From NCBI RefSeq assembly GCF_037042905.1, contig NC_087251.1, positions 38,194,001 to 38,258,000 of the forward strand: a stretch of DNA of 64,000 nt, written 5' to 3'. Numbering within the stretch: position 1 is the first letter of the stretch; each line of letters starts with the position of its first letter. Positions 14,251-27,667 of the stretch are shown here, in pieces. This DNA is from Lytechinus pictus. Lineage: Eukaryota. The notes under the pieces are model-generated. The model did not search any database. It saw only the letters and a list, made by a program, of their open reading frames with translations, and was not told the DNA's origin. The translations under genes and the position numbers were made by a program.

Positions 14251-14352
14251 CTTGTAAACATCGCCGTACGTTCCGCTACCTATTCTTTGCAGCAACTCAA
14301 AGTCCTCCAAGGGATTTTTCCTCGAAATCTCTGCACTTGGCGCTGACGACAT
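14251..14352 (-). CDS. MAP4K5: MAP4K3/MAP4K5-like (GCK-I) STE20 kinase, coding exon 1
   Basis: Translates [34 protein letters not shown] (Gly-rich loop GSGTYG), then donor gtgag. 102 nt, phase 0. Cannot distinguish among vertebrate MAP4K1/2/3/5 paralogues. Confidence 0.93.
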
Positions 14353-14640
14353 GATGTCCTCAATCTGTTCAGGGCTCCAGATTTACGAAGAAAAATCATA
14401 GAAAATCCACGATATTTCCAGTTTTGCTGATGACAGGCAGACAAAATTTAGTCGCCCGATTTTTTTCGCTTGTGCACTTCCTGTCATGCGCAGATCGCGA
14501 GTATTTTTCCGAGTTCAATCAAAATAAAAAATTGAACAACTTTCTCTTCCGCGGGGGTAGTGATGGCGACATTTCGAATTCCAGGAGAATCACGATTTAC
14601 CGTCGGTTAAGGAATTTATGAAGTCGGTTTAGTTAGGCCA
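14353..14640 (-). promoter_or_regulatory. MAP4K 5' UTR and proximal promoter
   Basis: CpG-richer unique sequence directly upstream of the ATG; ETS-like CAGGAAGTG on - near 14476-14484. Confidence 0.45.
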
Positions 14641-15354
14641 ACTTGGCTTGGAAGGGTACCTAAATTTGTCAACGCACCCCGGGACCAACCCATACCTTTT
14701 CATTTAACCAAATAGTAGTTCCCTTTTTATCAATAAAAACGCCACAGTCAGTTCAGTCCAGTTCACTTTACTTCATATATTTATTTCAATCAGAAAAAAA
14801 CATGACAAATTTATCTACAAAGGTAACATGGATCTTTATGGATATGAAAGAAATTTGTTTGCATTAACTTGTAAATAATAAACCCCTAACATAGACCTAT
14901 TAGATCGAGTCTATATAGTCACAGCCCCCCCCCCCCCCCCTTCCCGGCCCATCTCACCCTCCCTAAAATGGCAATAATATTTGCTATTTCATACAAGAGG
15001 GCTAGTATTCATTTGATAAGTGGCCCATTCTTTACCATGTTCCTTTTCTGTGACTCTAGTGCATGGCACCTCGTCGTTGTGTGAGGGCAGGGTGGGGGCC
15101 AGGCCAGGGGGCAATTAACAAAAAAAAAATCAAATTTGATCTTTTCACCTGCATTTTGCACCCGAGTTTTTAATCAGAACATTCAAATATAGAAGGATTG
15201 GTTTGGAGAAGGGGTCTTGTAAAATAATTGGCCAGAACTATTCCCCTATGCCTACTTGTAGTTGTTTTTATAATAAAGTGCCAGAGTTTCTCATGCAGGC
15301 GATTGATGCTATAAACCGACCGACTGCAAACCTCAATAGCGATGGTAGTACAGC

Positions 15355-16374
15355 CAGTGGCGTTACTACGGGGGAGGGGGGGGGGCGCAAAACAAAAACG
15401 GGGGAAAAGGAGAAAACAAGGGAGAAAGAAAGAGATACCTAGTGGGGCAAGAAGAAGAAATTATTGTATATTATACAATATTATGTTATATAGGCCTATA
15501 TTACATTTAAATATCAAATAAGATATATCTTTTACATAACTTTATGAAACATAATTTGCTTAGGGTCTATGTGTTCGTCACTCCTGGTGATCGCATTGTC
15601 TATTTAATGAGATAAATAATCATGTTCAAGTGGATTAAATGGTACTAAAACATCCCGTTTTCAAGTCAATAAACACCTACTACATTTCCTTGCACTTCTA
15701 GCTTTTATTATTTTACGATAATATAGTGACTATAAAAGTGATTGCCACCTTTTAAGGTCTGAATATAAAATACTTTCAGTCCGTGCTTAGGTTCGCTTTA
15801 GGAAATTGGTGAGATAAAATTATGTCTGCTCACCATGAATTCATACCCTTATTTCTGGTCTGAATATAAAAAATGAATCAGCTCGCGCTTCGCGCTCGCA
15901 TTTTGGTTAGTAAAATATGAATTTTACAAACAAGCCATACAATGCCCCTCTTCGGGTCTGAATATTTTTAAAAAATCAGTCTGTGCTTCGCGCTGGCAAT
16001 ATTATTTTGATAAGTGAGATACGTATATAATGTTGATTACAATACTACAAAAAGTGCTTCATAATTATAATAGATTAATTCTTCAACAAAAAAACCCGCA
16101 CTTGGGGCTCGCATTAGATGACTAAGGTGGGTTATGTGTGCTCTTCATAAATTCCTGAAAAAAGTCCATAAAATATCCCTGTTTAGGGTAAAAAAACTAT
16201 CAGCTAACGCTTTATTCCATTAGTGAGATGCATATCCTTTTATGACACGGTCCTTAAAATGTCTCTATTAGGTCAGTTTACCTGGCTATTGAGCGCGCTT
16301 CTCGCGCCCACTAAGTGACTCAAAAACTTTGCTGGTGCCCCCCCCCCCATGCCGTGACCCACGGTATGCCAATG
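15355..16374 (-). mobile_element. hAT-like non-autonomous element
   Basis: cagtggcgt...tatgccaatg ends; 8-bp TSD agtacagc/agtatagc (1 mismatch); inverted copy of the family at 36780-38241. Confidence 0.75.
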
Positions 16375-16916
16375 AGTATAGCTTTAGTCGGGTTTTCCCC
16401 ATAAAAAGCATATCGGGGAGAGCCGCCCCTGACGACGACGCCAAAACGAAAAAGAGACATGGGAGGAAATAAGAAGAAGAAGACAAAGATAATGAAGTTC
16501 GGATCCCAGAACGGATAAATGAAAGAGAAAGAGAAAAAAAATGATTACAGGGCAAAGAGTTCTCATGCTGTTGACTGCATGATGCTATACCACTGAAACC
16601 TCCTCTAAACCCCGACAGCGATAGAAAGTAGCTTTAGTCGTCGTGGGAGTTGGCTTCCCCCATCAAATGCATATCGAGGTTAGCTGTAAAATAATCAATA
16701 TAATGGTGTACCGATGGTGTCCAATGTCTCCATTGAGCACCCCAGCCTTTTTTTCCCCTTTTGCATGGTCACCCCCCCCCCCCCCACAAACAAAACCTTT
16801 CCGCGGCCCCTGCCTTGATATAGGCCTACGATATACGCATCTTTTTTCATAATTATACAAACAAATTTGCTTAGAATGTCAAATTGTCAGGTCAGTCAGC
16901 CCATGCATGTAATTAA

Positions 16917-19182
16917 AGATCAAGTCCACCTCAGAATTTTTTTATTTGAATCAATAGAGAAAAATCAGACAAGCATAATCATTTCATCAGTATCGGATGT
17001 GAAATAAGAATGTTATGATATTTTAAAGTTTCGCTTATTTTTCACAAAATAGTTAAATGCACAATATTAAGCCCCCTCAAAAAAAATATGATGATGAGAG
17101 AATCGATGATGGGTGACCCGACAATTGCTCCGCCGACATCTGCTCCGCCGACAATTGCTACGCAAAATAAGACAGTTGCTCCGCCGACAATTGCTCCGGA
17201 CAATTGCTCCGCCGACAGTTGCTCCGTCGACACTTGCTCCGCCGATATGTGCTCCGTCGACACTTGCTCCGCCGATATTTGCTCCGCCGATATTTGCTCC
17301 GCCGACATGTGCTCCGCCGACATCTGCTCCGCCGAAAATTGCTCCGCCGACAATTGCTCCGCCGATAATTGCTCCGCCGACATCTGCTCCGATTATACGA
17401 CAATTGCTCCGCGACAATTGCTCCGCCGATATTTGCTCCGCCGAAAATTGCTCCGATTATACGACAATTGCTCCGCGACAATTGCTCCGCCAATATTTGC
17501 TCCGCCGACATCTGCTCCGATTATACGACAATTGCATGAACATCTTATTTCTCCAAGTTGGTCTATGTTAAATGATAAGAAATTCATCCTGATACAAATT
17601 GTTTTGTCGTTGTTTTGTTCTTGTTATTCGTTAATGTTTTATTTATTTTATTCTCCCCCTATCATCACAGCTTTCTGCTTAAAAAACAAAACAAATTGTT
17701 CTCCCTGCCGCTGCCACTTGACAAATTGTAACGGAGAAGGGGAATGACACACTCCCCATTGAAATTGTGAATCTGGATTTTTGTTCTTATATTATTATCA
17801 TTGGTTTCACTCCGGTCTTGAGCGGGGAGAGAATTTGGGGGGGGGGTGCTGGACACAATATCTCTTCTGCTTTCCAGCAACTTATACACCATACATTCGC
17901 GCGGGCTCTCTCTCTCTCTCTTTCTCGTTTTGTTCTTTCACGTTGTTTATTTTTATTGGTGACCGCTTGATTTATTGTATATTTATCAGTATTATGATAA
18001 TTATTAATATTTGTATCAATAATTTTTATTTACGTCTTCGGCCTTATGTACCCTTGCACTTTTTTTCCTTCAATTTGTTTCAAACGAAAGTATGATCATC
18101 ACTGGCGTACAGATGGTGGAGGGGCGTGCTAGGGGTCACGGATCCCCCCATTCTCCCTACCAATGAAAAAAAAGAATAAAGTAAAGGAAAATAAATGTCA
18201 TCCTTGTCTCGCCCCCTCCATTTTTTGTTGTTGGCCCATTACGCTCCTGGTGAGTTACTATAAAACTAGACTTCGGTTGTATTTTTGTTCTATTCTGTGC
18301 AAAGCGACAATATAAATATATTATAATAAATGAATATATGTATGTATCTCTCTCATTACGTCTAAACAAATAATGTTATTTTTAAAAGACAATAATATAT
18401 ATACCAGCAATAATATAGTTACAAATTCATGAAACCCAATACGCATCTCACTGAATTTATAATGCGAGCACAAAGCACGAGCTGTTATTGACATGGAAAG
18501 GGGACATCTATACGCCTTTTTAAAATTGTAAACATGAAGCATATCTCGGGGGGGGGGGGATATCTCGTAAAAGAAATGAGAGCACGATGCGTTAATTTAA
18601 TATTTTGGATATATTTACCAGAGTTACAATTCTATATATTTCTTTTTCTTTCTGTTATTTCTTTCGACAAACTGTAATTGAAGTATTGAAGAGTATATAG
18701 GCTGTTATGCCTGCTGATCATGATAGAATGTGGATTATTTTGCTGATTCATTAGATCTTAACATGTGTTCTTTAAATTGGGTAATTTGGGTACATGTTAG
18801 AAACACAGGCATTGTGCATTCAGATGCACATTGTGGAAATGAGATTCAGTATTCCTTGCAGCTAAGAAAGGTTTTGAAAATGACACTACTCTCAATTACA
18901 TGTATACTGTGTCCATAGTTGCGAGTGTGTGAAAATGAAGGTGTTTGCAGTCATTAAAGTGTAGTTTTGGTTGGAAAACGTTAATAAAACTGTCGAGAAC
19001 GTACAGTCTTCATGATTTCATTTATCTCATGTTCTGATCAGTAAATCAAATAAAAAATGATAATGACAAGAACTTGTTAAGTTTGTCCTTCTATTTCAAT
19101 CCCATGAATAAACAGAAATCGCGATATTCAGAAATAATAAGTCATACACCTCCTTTTTTCCTCAAGCCCTCACTCACTCCCC

Positions 19183-19219
<37 letters not shown>

Positions 19220-22200
19220 TCCATAACCCTTTTCACAATCATTTTTGTTTGATTTCCGCATAAGCAAAACGACGACGACAATGATAATGATGGTGATGAT
19301 GAAGATGCTGATAATGATGCTGATGATGATAATGGTGGTACAATGATAATGATAATAAGTACATGAACACACGTTTTCTTCTCATATAGTTCATTCTTGG
19401 AAAATACATAGGTGGCCATATACACATGAAGGTATATCATTTATAGAAGAAAATCTTGTTTGATTGATTTTTTTTATTTTTTGAAACTACGTGTAAAATT
19501 ATATCCCCCATCAACAACAAATTGTTACTTACATTATAACATCACAATGAATATAATTCGACTATTGGCGGACCATATTTAGATTTAGATTAAGATTTAT
19601 TCATTTTCCGTTCACAAAGCACAACAAAATCAAAGTAACAATACATAGTCAAATTTAAAGTACAATATCAATCGGTATAATGCATAAGAATTAGAACGTA
19701 TAAACAATGAGAACCAATGCGAACTAAAGTAACCTTGACTAATAACTATATAAAACAGAACATATGGATTTTATTTTTGGATTATTGAACAAAAATTAAT
19801 TATCCTTTTTCTATCAGTGAAGAAAACAATCATGATCAACATAAAACAAAAAAGCAACTCACTATTATATACAGTATTATCATAATCTAAAAACCTACGG
19901 TGTGTATGACATGATGTGGATGTGGAGACCAGACTGAGAGCACTGTGTGTACGAGAGGATATGGAAACCAGAGTGGAGGGGTGTGCCGAGAAGGTGACAC
20001 GACATGTAGCCTTTAACAAGTTGGTATTTTCTTGAGTATTAATTTTTACTTACTGAATGTCTTGGTCATGTTTGTATGGCACAAAATTTGCCGACAGTAA
20101 ACATTTTGCGTGACTACAGTACAGGTTTTCGACAAAATAAGGTTGGGTATACCGTTGAATTTCACCTGGAGCAAATGTCTCCACTTCGGAGCATATTTCG
20201 CCAGTCTGAGCGATTTTGACGCTAAGAATGGGGTATGTCTAATTTGTTTCTACTGTTATAACATGGAGCTATATGGTTATAATAATTACATGAAAACGCG
20301 TTTTTTTTTTGTTTCATTTTAATCGCCAGGCACGTAATAAAACGTACACAAATGCTCCCCCCAACCGCGTAGCCAGGATTTTATTTTGGAGGGGGCGGTA
20401 CATGCACGCGAAGCGTGCCAACACTTACAGAGCGCGCGAAGCGCGCTCCCTAGGGGGTGGGTGCAGGGAGGGGGAGTTTCCCCCTCTCTCGCGAAGCGCG
20501 AAGCTTTCGGTGTTTCATGAATTAAAATGAAAAGGAGCCGTCTCTCTTGTCTCTAGTACCTATATCAGCTAGCTCCAATTCAGTTGACTATATTTTGATT
20601 TTGAACCTTTTTTTCAAAAGTGATTGTGAACGCACAAAAAAGGGATAAAATGGAAGAAATTAAAATAATAATTACCCCGCGCGAGGCGCGGAAGCAGAAG
20701 CATTTTATCAAGTTTTTTTTCAAATAAAAAAGGGTCCCAGGATAAGGGTTCTCTAAGTTAAAATGAATGCGTCCCTTAGAAAGATCAGATTTGATTACAA
20801 ACAATTATATCCTTAACTCGCAAAACAGAGGAGGAGAAGGGTATATGCCGGGAGGAAGATAATCCTCCCCGCCCTGAGCAATGAAACTGAAATTTCAAAG
20901 GGTGGATGTTTCATCAAATGCAGATATCTCTAATACCTCATCGGCTCTAATTCAATTGATTTTCTAAGATTATTGAACTTCATTACGAGGAAAATAGTGC
21001 GCAAAAAGTTGAAACTTCTGTGATTTATTTAAATTATATAAAAAAGACGATTTCTTTTACTATTATCCTGAAGCGCTTCATTTTGAATGATAAAGAAACT
21101 TAGGTGTCATTAAAAATTTCAAACTGAGGGCGCAAAACAGGACAGGAGATGAATGTGCAGGGAAATGAAGTTTAATAGAATTTGATAAAAAAATATTGTA
21201 CTTTTTTTATTTAATACGACACGAATTGTATACTTTCCTCTTTTTAAATAGGTACCTGTTTGCCCCCAAATTATGGTTGTTTAGTAATGAGCTGAAAAGC
21301 GGGAGAAGTTGCCTATATGGAGGTGACGGCAGAAATTGATATAAAGATTTTACCCGCCCGGAGTCGACCTGACCAGAAGTTGCCCGATCAATAAAAAAAA
21401 AGATAACTTCATATACTTCAGACTAACCTTACTCTAATTCCATGGAGCTATAAAACATGTCTAATTCCACGCCCTAATGTATACATTTGAACTTTAACTG
21501 GCAAAAAACACACATAGCTGAGGTGTAAAAACAGGGTTAGAGAAAGGGTGAGGGGATACAAAGGAAAACTGCAATATTCTCATTTAACCGCGCGCAGCGC
21601 GGAAGCAAAATTCATATAAATTTAGAGCAAGAGTGAAAGAGTTTCTCTTTTGAGAAAAAATAAAGAATAACAAGAAAAACCCACAAAGCTACCTTTCTTC
21701 CCTTTCCTCCCTTCGCTTTTCCTTTTCTCCTCTCTTTTTTCTTCTTTTTGGGGACGTTTTTTTTGGGGGGGCGACCGCCCCCACCGCCCCCCTGGCTACG
21801 CGCCTGCCCCCCCCCACCATGAATAAGCATTAAGAATATCTATCCCTCCTTTGTGCTTACCCCTTTTTTTCTATTTCTTTCTATATGCATGTATCAGGGG
21901 CCGCGGAGCCGGGGGGCTTTAGCCCCCCAATTTCCCAAAGCCGTGTACAAAAAACGTAAGAATGACCATATGATTGTGATTTTTAGCATGGACAACCCCC
22001 ACTTTTGACTCAGCCCTCACTTTGAAAACCGTTCCGCGGCCCCTGTGTATATGACATTTAATATATCATGCAAGCATAGTTTAAGTTTACTTTGTAAATT
22101 CATGGAGCTATGCTCCATGGTAAATTGACGCCTTCAGCCTGTGCTAAAATTGTTATGCGTATGAAAGTACGAATAAAAAAATAAATAAATAATTGTCGCA

Positions 22201-23112
22201 TTATCGGAGCAATTTACGGCGGAGCAGATGTCGGCGGAGCAAATATCGGCGGAGCAATTGTCGCGGAGCAATTGTCGTATAATCGGAGCAATTTTCGGCG
22301 GAGCAAATATCGGCGGAGCAATTGTCGTATAATCGGAGCAGATGTCGGTGGAGCAATTATCGGCGGAGCAATTGTCGGCGGAGCAATTTTCGGCGGAGCA
22401 AATATCGGCGGAGCAATTGTCGTATAATCGGAGCAGATGTCGGTGGAGCAATTATCGGCGGAGCAATTGTCGGCGGAGCAGATGTCGGCGGAGCAGATGT
22501 CGGCGGAGCAGATGTCGGCGGAGCAAATATCGGCGGAGCAAATATCGGCGGAGCAAGTGTCGACGGAGCACATATCGGCGGAGCAAGTGTCGACGGAGCA
22601 ACTGTCGGCGGAGCAACTGTCCGGAGCAATTGTCGGCGGAGCAGTTGTCGTATTTTGCGTAGCAATTGTCGGCGGAGCAAGTGTCGGCGGAGCAATTGTC
22701 ATGGAACCCGATGATGTCCCTCAATCACGATTTCTTTTGTTTATTATTGTTTGAATTACAATATTTCAATTTTTACCGATTTGACAATAAGGACCAACTT
22801 GACTGCACCATAAAATGTTAAACAATGGTAATGCCACATGTTCAGGGAGAAATAAAACTTTGATTCACAGGACAATTAGAATATTTCATATTCCATATAA
22901 TAAAATACAGAAGAAATAGTGAGTGATGTCATCAGTTCCCTCATTTGCATACCGACCGGGATGTGCATACTTTATTTTGTAAAATCAAGCAAAACTTCAA
23001 AATGTCATAACTTTCTTATTTTACTTCCGATTTGGATACAATTTTCAGAGTTATGCTTGTTAGATCTTTTTTTTTTATTCGAATCAACATTGTGTTGGGG
23101 TGGACTTGTCCT
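16917..23112. mobile_element. TTAA-flanked MITE (Kolobok-like) split by the TU-like element
   Basis: ttaa|agatcaagtccacc ... ggtggacttgtcct|ttaa; the two halves (16917-17111 and 22717-23112) rejoin to match the copy at 2529. Confidence 0.8.
17112..22708. mobile_element. TU-like foldback transposon with 15-bp tandem repeats in inverted arms
   Basis: Arms of (ACAATTGCTCCGCCG)-like units at about 17120-17535 and inverted at about 22190-22700; GG...CC termini; exact 8-bp TSD CGATGATG (17104-17111 and 22709-22716); no internal ORF. Confidence 0.9.
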
Positions 23113-24232
23113 TTAAATGGAAATCAGCTCGCGCTTCGTATCAGCTCGTTTAATTTATTTAGGCCAAGTGAGATACACTATCTTTGTTTGTAATAAAATA
23201 AAACTAAAAAGTACTTTAGAATTCAGGACTACATTTTCCTTTAAAAAAAACTAACTCTTCGAGCAACTGATTTTGTTATAGTATTGAAACATAGATTTCG
23301 TTCATTTTAAAAGGGAGTTCTACTTCCACTCCATGAATAAATTCGGATCCATTTAAAAGCAATACAACATGAAATAAATAAAATTAATTATAGCAAAATG
23401 AAGATAAGACACAACAAAGACATCAAAGGTAAACAAAATAGAGAGGGTGATATTGGTGAATTTTCAAAATTTCAATATTCTATCGTCACATGTTAGCAGC
23501 TCCCCGTTGTCATGTAAAATAATTCTCATCATTTTCCATTTTGAATGGTTCACGGTAATTGAATACTTGTATATTGTATGTTTCGTTAATAAAATCATTT
23601 TTTTAAGGAAATTGTTCTTTATATTGAATTAGATAATCTCGGTCCCAATATATTAATTATAATGAAAATAACAATAAAAAAAAACAGAAGGCAGAAAAAA
23701 CACAAAATATATCAAAGGTTTGTGTTCGTGAAGACGTCGTTTTCATTTGTGTTTATTTTCAATCAATCCTTATATTTTAAAAATATATATGATTTTATTC
23801 ATTTTTTATTACCACATTCCAATAACAAAAGTATATACAAGAAGGATTATTTCCAACATTACATAACAATGAGCAAACATAATGAATAAGATACATAACA
23901 TTATTCTAATCAAAATATAATTATACTTGAAAATTTGATCTTTTTCAATTAATAAAAGATAAATATGAGCAGAAAGAATATATGATACATTCGAAATGTG
24001 GGAGACCACCATCTTAAGCTTGGAGCTTGAAATTGATGGTGGTCTCGAAATAAAAGGGGAAAGAAATCAGACTACAGCATAATACAAAAACTTGTGTGAT
24101 ATTCAGCATAGCAAGAGTAAATAATTACAAGAGACAATTCAAATTGGTATAAAATGACTAAGAAATGTACTGAACAATAGTGTGCATATAAGATTTATTA
24201 TTACAAATATAAAATCTGAAAGTCAAAAAGGG

Positions 24233-24271
24233 GCCTAAGCTTTCGATCCTAGCAGAATCTTCGTCGGAGGC
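24233..24271 (-). ncRNA. Degenerate minimal type I hammerhead ribozyme motif (Penelope-like relic)
   Basis: Minus strand reads GCCU-CCGACGA-A-GAUUCU(GCU)AGGAUC-GAAA-GCUU-AGGC: stem I, stem II and a palindromic stem III; core CUGANGA has U4 changed to C. Confidence 0.5.
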
Positions 24272-25925
24272 AAAATATAAAATATATATAAAATCTGTAA
24301 GGAGACCAACTATAATTCGGCACTTAATTCTAAAACTCAGCATCGTCAGAAATTAGGTCCGACTTATCAAAATCGAAAACTTATAGATCGGCGATGTATG
24401 TTGTCGATACTAATGTATAACCAGGACCCATGCATCTGTAAATGTTCATAATTCACGTAATTAAATTCCTATCGTTGCAATAACCGTAATACCATGCACT
24501 GATTTAACGGGAAATCGCGTACGTAATTTTGAAACAATAGCTTCAAAACAATTACATGAACAACAAGTGACACAATAATGCTTTCAGCCCAAATGCAGCC
24601 TCAATTTAAAAAAAAGTTAAGTTCTAGCCCTCAGTCGAACTAAACTAGTTCTCATTATAAAGAGAGTTTTCTACGTCGGTTATAATTAAAAAAAAAACTA
24701 AGGCAGAGATGCATGCTGCTCTATTTGGTGCGTTTTTTGATATTGACGCTCAGTAAACGTCATCATTCAGAAATATCAGAAAATTTCATTTAAAACTGTT
24801 TGATTTTCATAACCGTCTTTCAGATTATTTCTTATCAAATTATAGTTTTCAAAAACTTCAAATCATTTCTGTATCGAAATTTTTTTTAAAAGAACTTGGA
24901 TTGTTTAGACCTATTATTGTAATTCGATCATAAACGGTCTCAGGTACAAAACGTCTTTCTCTATAACCTTCCCCTTAATCTTAATTGTTGGTTGACATCT
25001 ACAGTAGATCGTGTTATATTTATTAAAAAAACTCAAGCCCATTCCGTGTCGGTGAATACATCTTATCAATATTTCACGAATATTGTATAATTTCACCATT
25101 ACCAGAACCTGAAATATCACATACTCATAATACCGTTGATGCTATTATGTCATTCGCCTAGCATGCATGTTGATACTTTATTATGCTCCTGCATTTTTAT
25201 CATGTTTGTGTTTTACTACTCCTTTCCATCTATGATTTGATTGATTTTATTATCTATTTTTTCCTCTGCATAACAATGTATTATGGTAACACAAATATAA
25301 CAAAGATAGTTTGACAATATATCAGAAATATACATCGTAAAGCCACTTGTCGTTATCGTAAGCAAATAGAGAATATGACAAACCAAAACATAATTAGGCA
25401 TATGTTGAATAATGTAATCATCTTGCATGAGCAGCATGGATGACATAGAATGATCAAATTATTAAGTTTAACCAGTTCAGTTCAAGTTCATTTATTAAAA
25501 CCAATTAACAATATAAAATCAAATACAAAACATATATCATAAGATGGTTAGGACCAAAATGAAGCCGAAGCTTGTTAATATTGGCCCTTTACATAAAATA
25601 TATAAAATACATTATGAAAACAATGTCAACAAATTAAATTGACAAGTAATCGATTAAGAAATACTACCATACCAAATAGAAGAAGAAAACAGCTGTAATA
25701 ATATCGATAATCATGATTAAAAACGACGACGAAGTAATCTTTGTAGTTAAATATGGATTCTGGCAGTCAAAGCTATGCCTGGGGAGCTTTAACAATTGGT
25801 GATGATCCGAGGAAAGGACCCCCCTTCTCTCGATGAATTAAAAATATTACAAATCCGTCGCCTATATGTTAAAACAAACAATAGTTTCCAAAATCAATCG
25901 TCATACTACGTGATTTATAACCAAT

Positions 25926-26131
25926 TCACATACTCCCTCCGTCCAAAATATCTCCCTTTCTGACCCCATACGAAATTCGCCCACTTTTTACACTGGCCCA
26001 GGGCATCCCGGAAGTAGTGAAGACCGGTGATGGTTGTCCGTCTGCACCGAGGACAATGGCGCCGGATTTGTAACCGGTCCGTTCTTTCATCATCTCAAGG
26101 GCCTTCTTTGCTGCGGCCTCACCTGTCATTC
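25926..26131 (-). CDS. ASRGL1: ASRGL1-like, last coding exon
   Basis: GMTGEAAAKKALEMMKERTGYKSGAIVLGADGQPSPVFTTSGMPWASVKSG...GGSM*; acceptor tttttag; TGA stop. Confidence 0.92.
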
Positions 26132-26801
26132 CTAAAAACATGGAGGAAATGAATAATACTCCTCAAAACTGCTTTCTTGTTGGCTGAAACGGTTTGGGTG
26201 ATAATTTCAGTTGAAACCTAGTTCAACTTTGGGGAAGAATTCTGCATTCTATATTTGTCAGCATTATTTTCTTTACTATACGATAATGATGTAACTCCGG
26301 ATTTCTCCCACAGTCCAATGCTATAATGTTATCTCCTCTTCATCAATCTCTCTCGTATCTCATTCCTTTCTTCTAGTCACGGAATGAGTGGGAAAAAAAT
26401 ACATGGGCAAAATTTGTAAAAAGCTGGAAGCGAGCAAATCAAATTTTAACATATACAGAACATGATACCGTAATTATATATCCTGTCTTTTCCTTTCGTG
26501 TTCTTTGTTTTTCTCTGTTATCTCTTAATTTGTACTGATATTTTTGATGGGGTCCATTGCCCCCATCTTTACGCCAATGCCATGTTCACTGTATCTTTGT
26601 CCTTCTCTTCAGCTTTCTCTATACATATCCCCCCCCCTCTCTCTCTCTCTCTTTCAAAATTCTAGTATCTATTTCGAAATCCATGATTATGCACACATGC
26701 ACTCTTTTTAAACTTAACCTAAATTTGTAAAACCGAATACTAAGTGGTTTTGACTAGCATACGGACATGAGTGAGTTATATAGGCAACAATAATGCCTTT
26801 A

Positions 26802-27050
26802 TACACCGCAAAAACTCTGGTGTTGATTTACCACTAGCCCGGAATCTATATGTCCGCACCAGGGAAGTGCTAAACAACCCCAGTTTTGGTTTTGGTCTAA
26901 ATGACACCTGATAAGTGTTTATACAACACCAATTAGTATTAAAACAGCATCGGTTTTATTCCAAACTGGTGTTGTTTCAATATTTCTCTGGTGTGGACAT
27001 AATGATACCGGGCTGGTGATGTTAAATCAACACCGTTGTTTTGGAGTGTA
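26802..27050. mobile_element. Hairpin MITE in ASRGL1 intron
   Basis: tacacc...ggtgttgatttaccactagcccgg / ccgggctggtgatgttaaatcaacacc...gtgta inverted arms. Confidence 0.6.
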
Positions 27051-27114
27051 AAAGAGAGAGATGGGGGAGGGGTGGGGGTGGGGAGACAGTGGGCATAGGA
27101 GCACACTTCCTTAC

Positions 27115-27225
27115 CATGTTCCATATAGAGTATAATACGAGCAGCCATTGCGATCCTCATTATAGCTTCACCGATACCCGTGGTTGATACCCCTCCTACA
27201 GCATTGTCACAGTAGGCACCGCATC
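27115..27225 (-). CDS. ASRGL1: ASRGL1-like, coding exon 5
   Basis: GCGAYCDNAVGGVSTTGIGEAIMRIAMAARIILYMEH-G; donor gtaag; phase 1 to 1. Confidence 0.92.
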
Positions 27226-27536
27226 CTGATTTTGAAAAGACGATTTTTTTTTTTTTAATTCATTTTAAACTCTTACGCCAAACATGTTTTTAATGTTTTT
27301 CATTTATTTTATTCAAAATATGTTCTTACAACATATACAACGGCCAAACTCATGAAATTCTTTAATCCGATAAGAGCTTTTTACATATAACTTTAGTGGT
27401 AAAAATGACCCCAAAGGGATTCTTTAAAGTGACCATAAAGGTCCGAGGTACAAGGTGCATAGCATTTCACTCCAAACTTTGCCGGTGTTCAATTGTGATA
27501 AGAAACTATCCAATAAAATTCTTATAAAGAACTCAC

Positions 27537-27667
27537 CAATCAAAGGGCTGTCTCCAACCCTCCCAACCCGTTGACCAGTAAGTCCCCCGGTAGATGTACC
27601 ACAAGCGATGTTTCCAAATCTATCAAGGGCAACCGCCCCCACAGTATCATGTTCCGTTTGTTCCCTT
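27537..27667 (-). CDS. ASRGL1: ASRGL1-like, coding exon 4 (autocleavage site and nucleophile Thr)
   Basis: [44 protein letters not shown]; acceptor cacag, donor gtgagt; phase 2 to 1. Confidence 0.93.

Noticed and set aside
17042..17747. Long overlapping ORFs of pentapeptide repeats (SAEQL, APPTI, CSADN), also at 22134-22754
   Set aside because: They are translations of the 15-bp tandem repeat in several frames on both strands, inside transposon arms; not genes or pentapeptide-repeat proteins.
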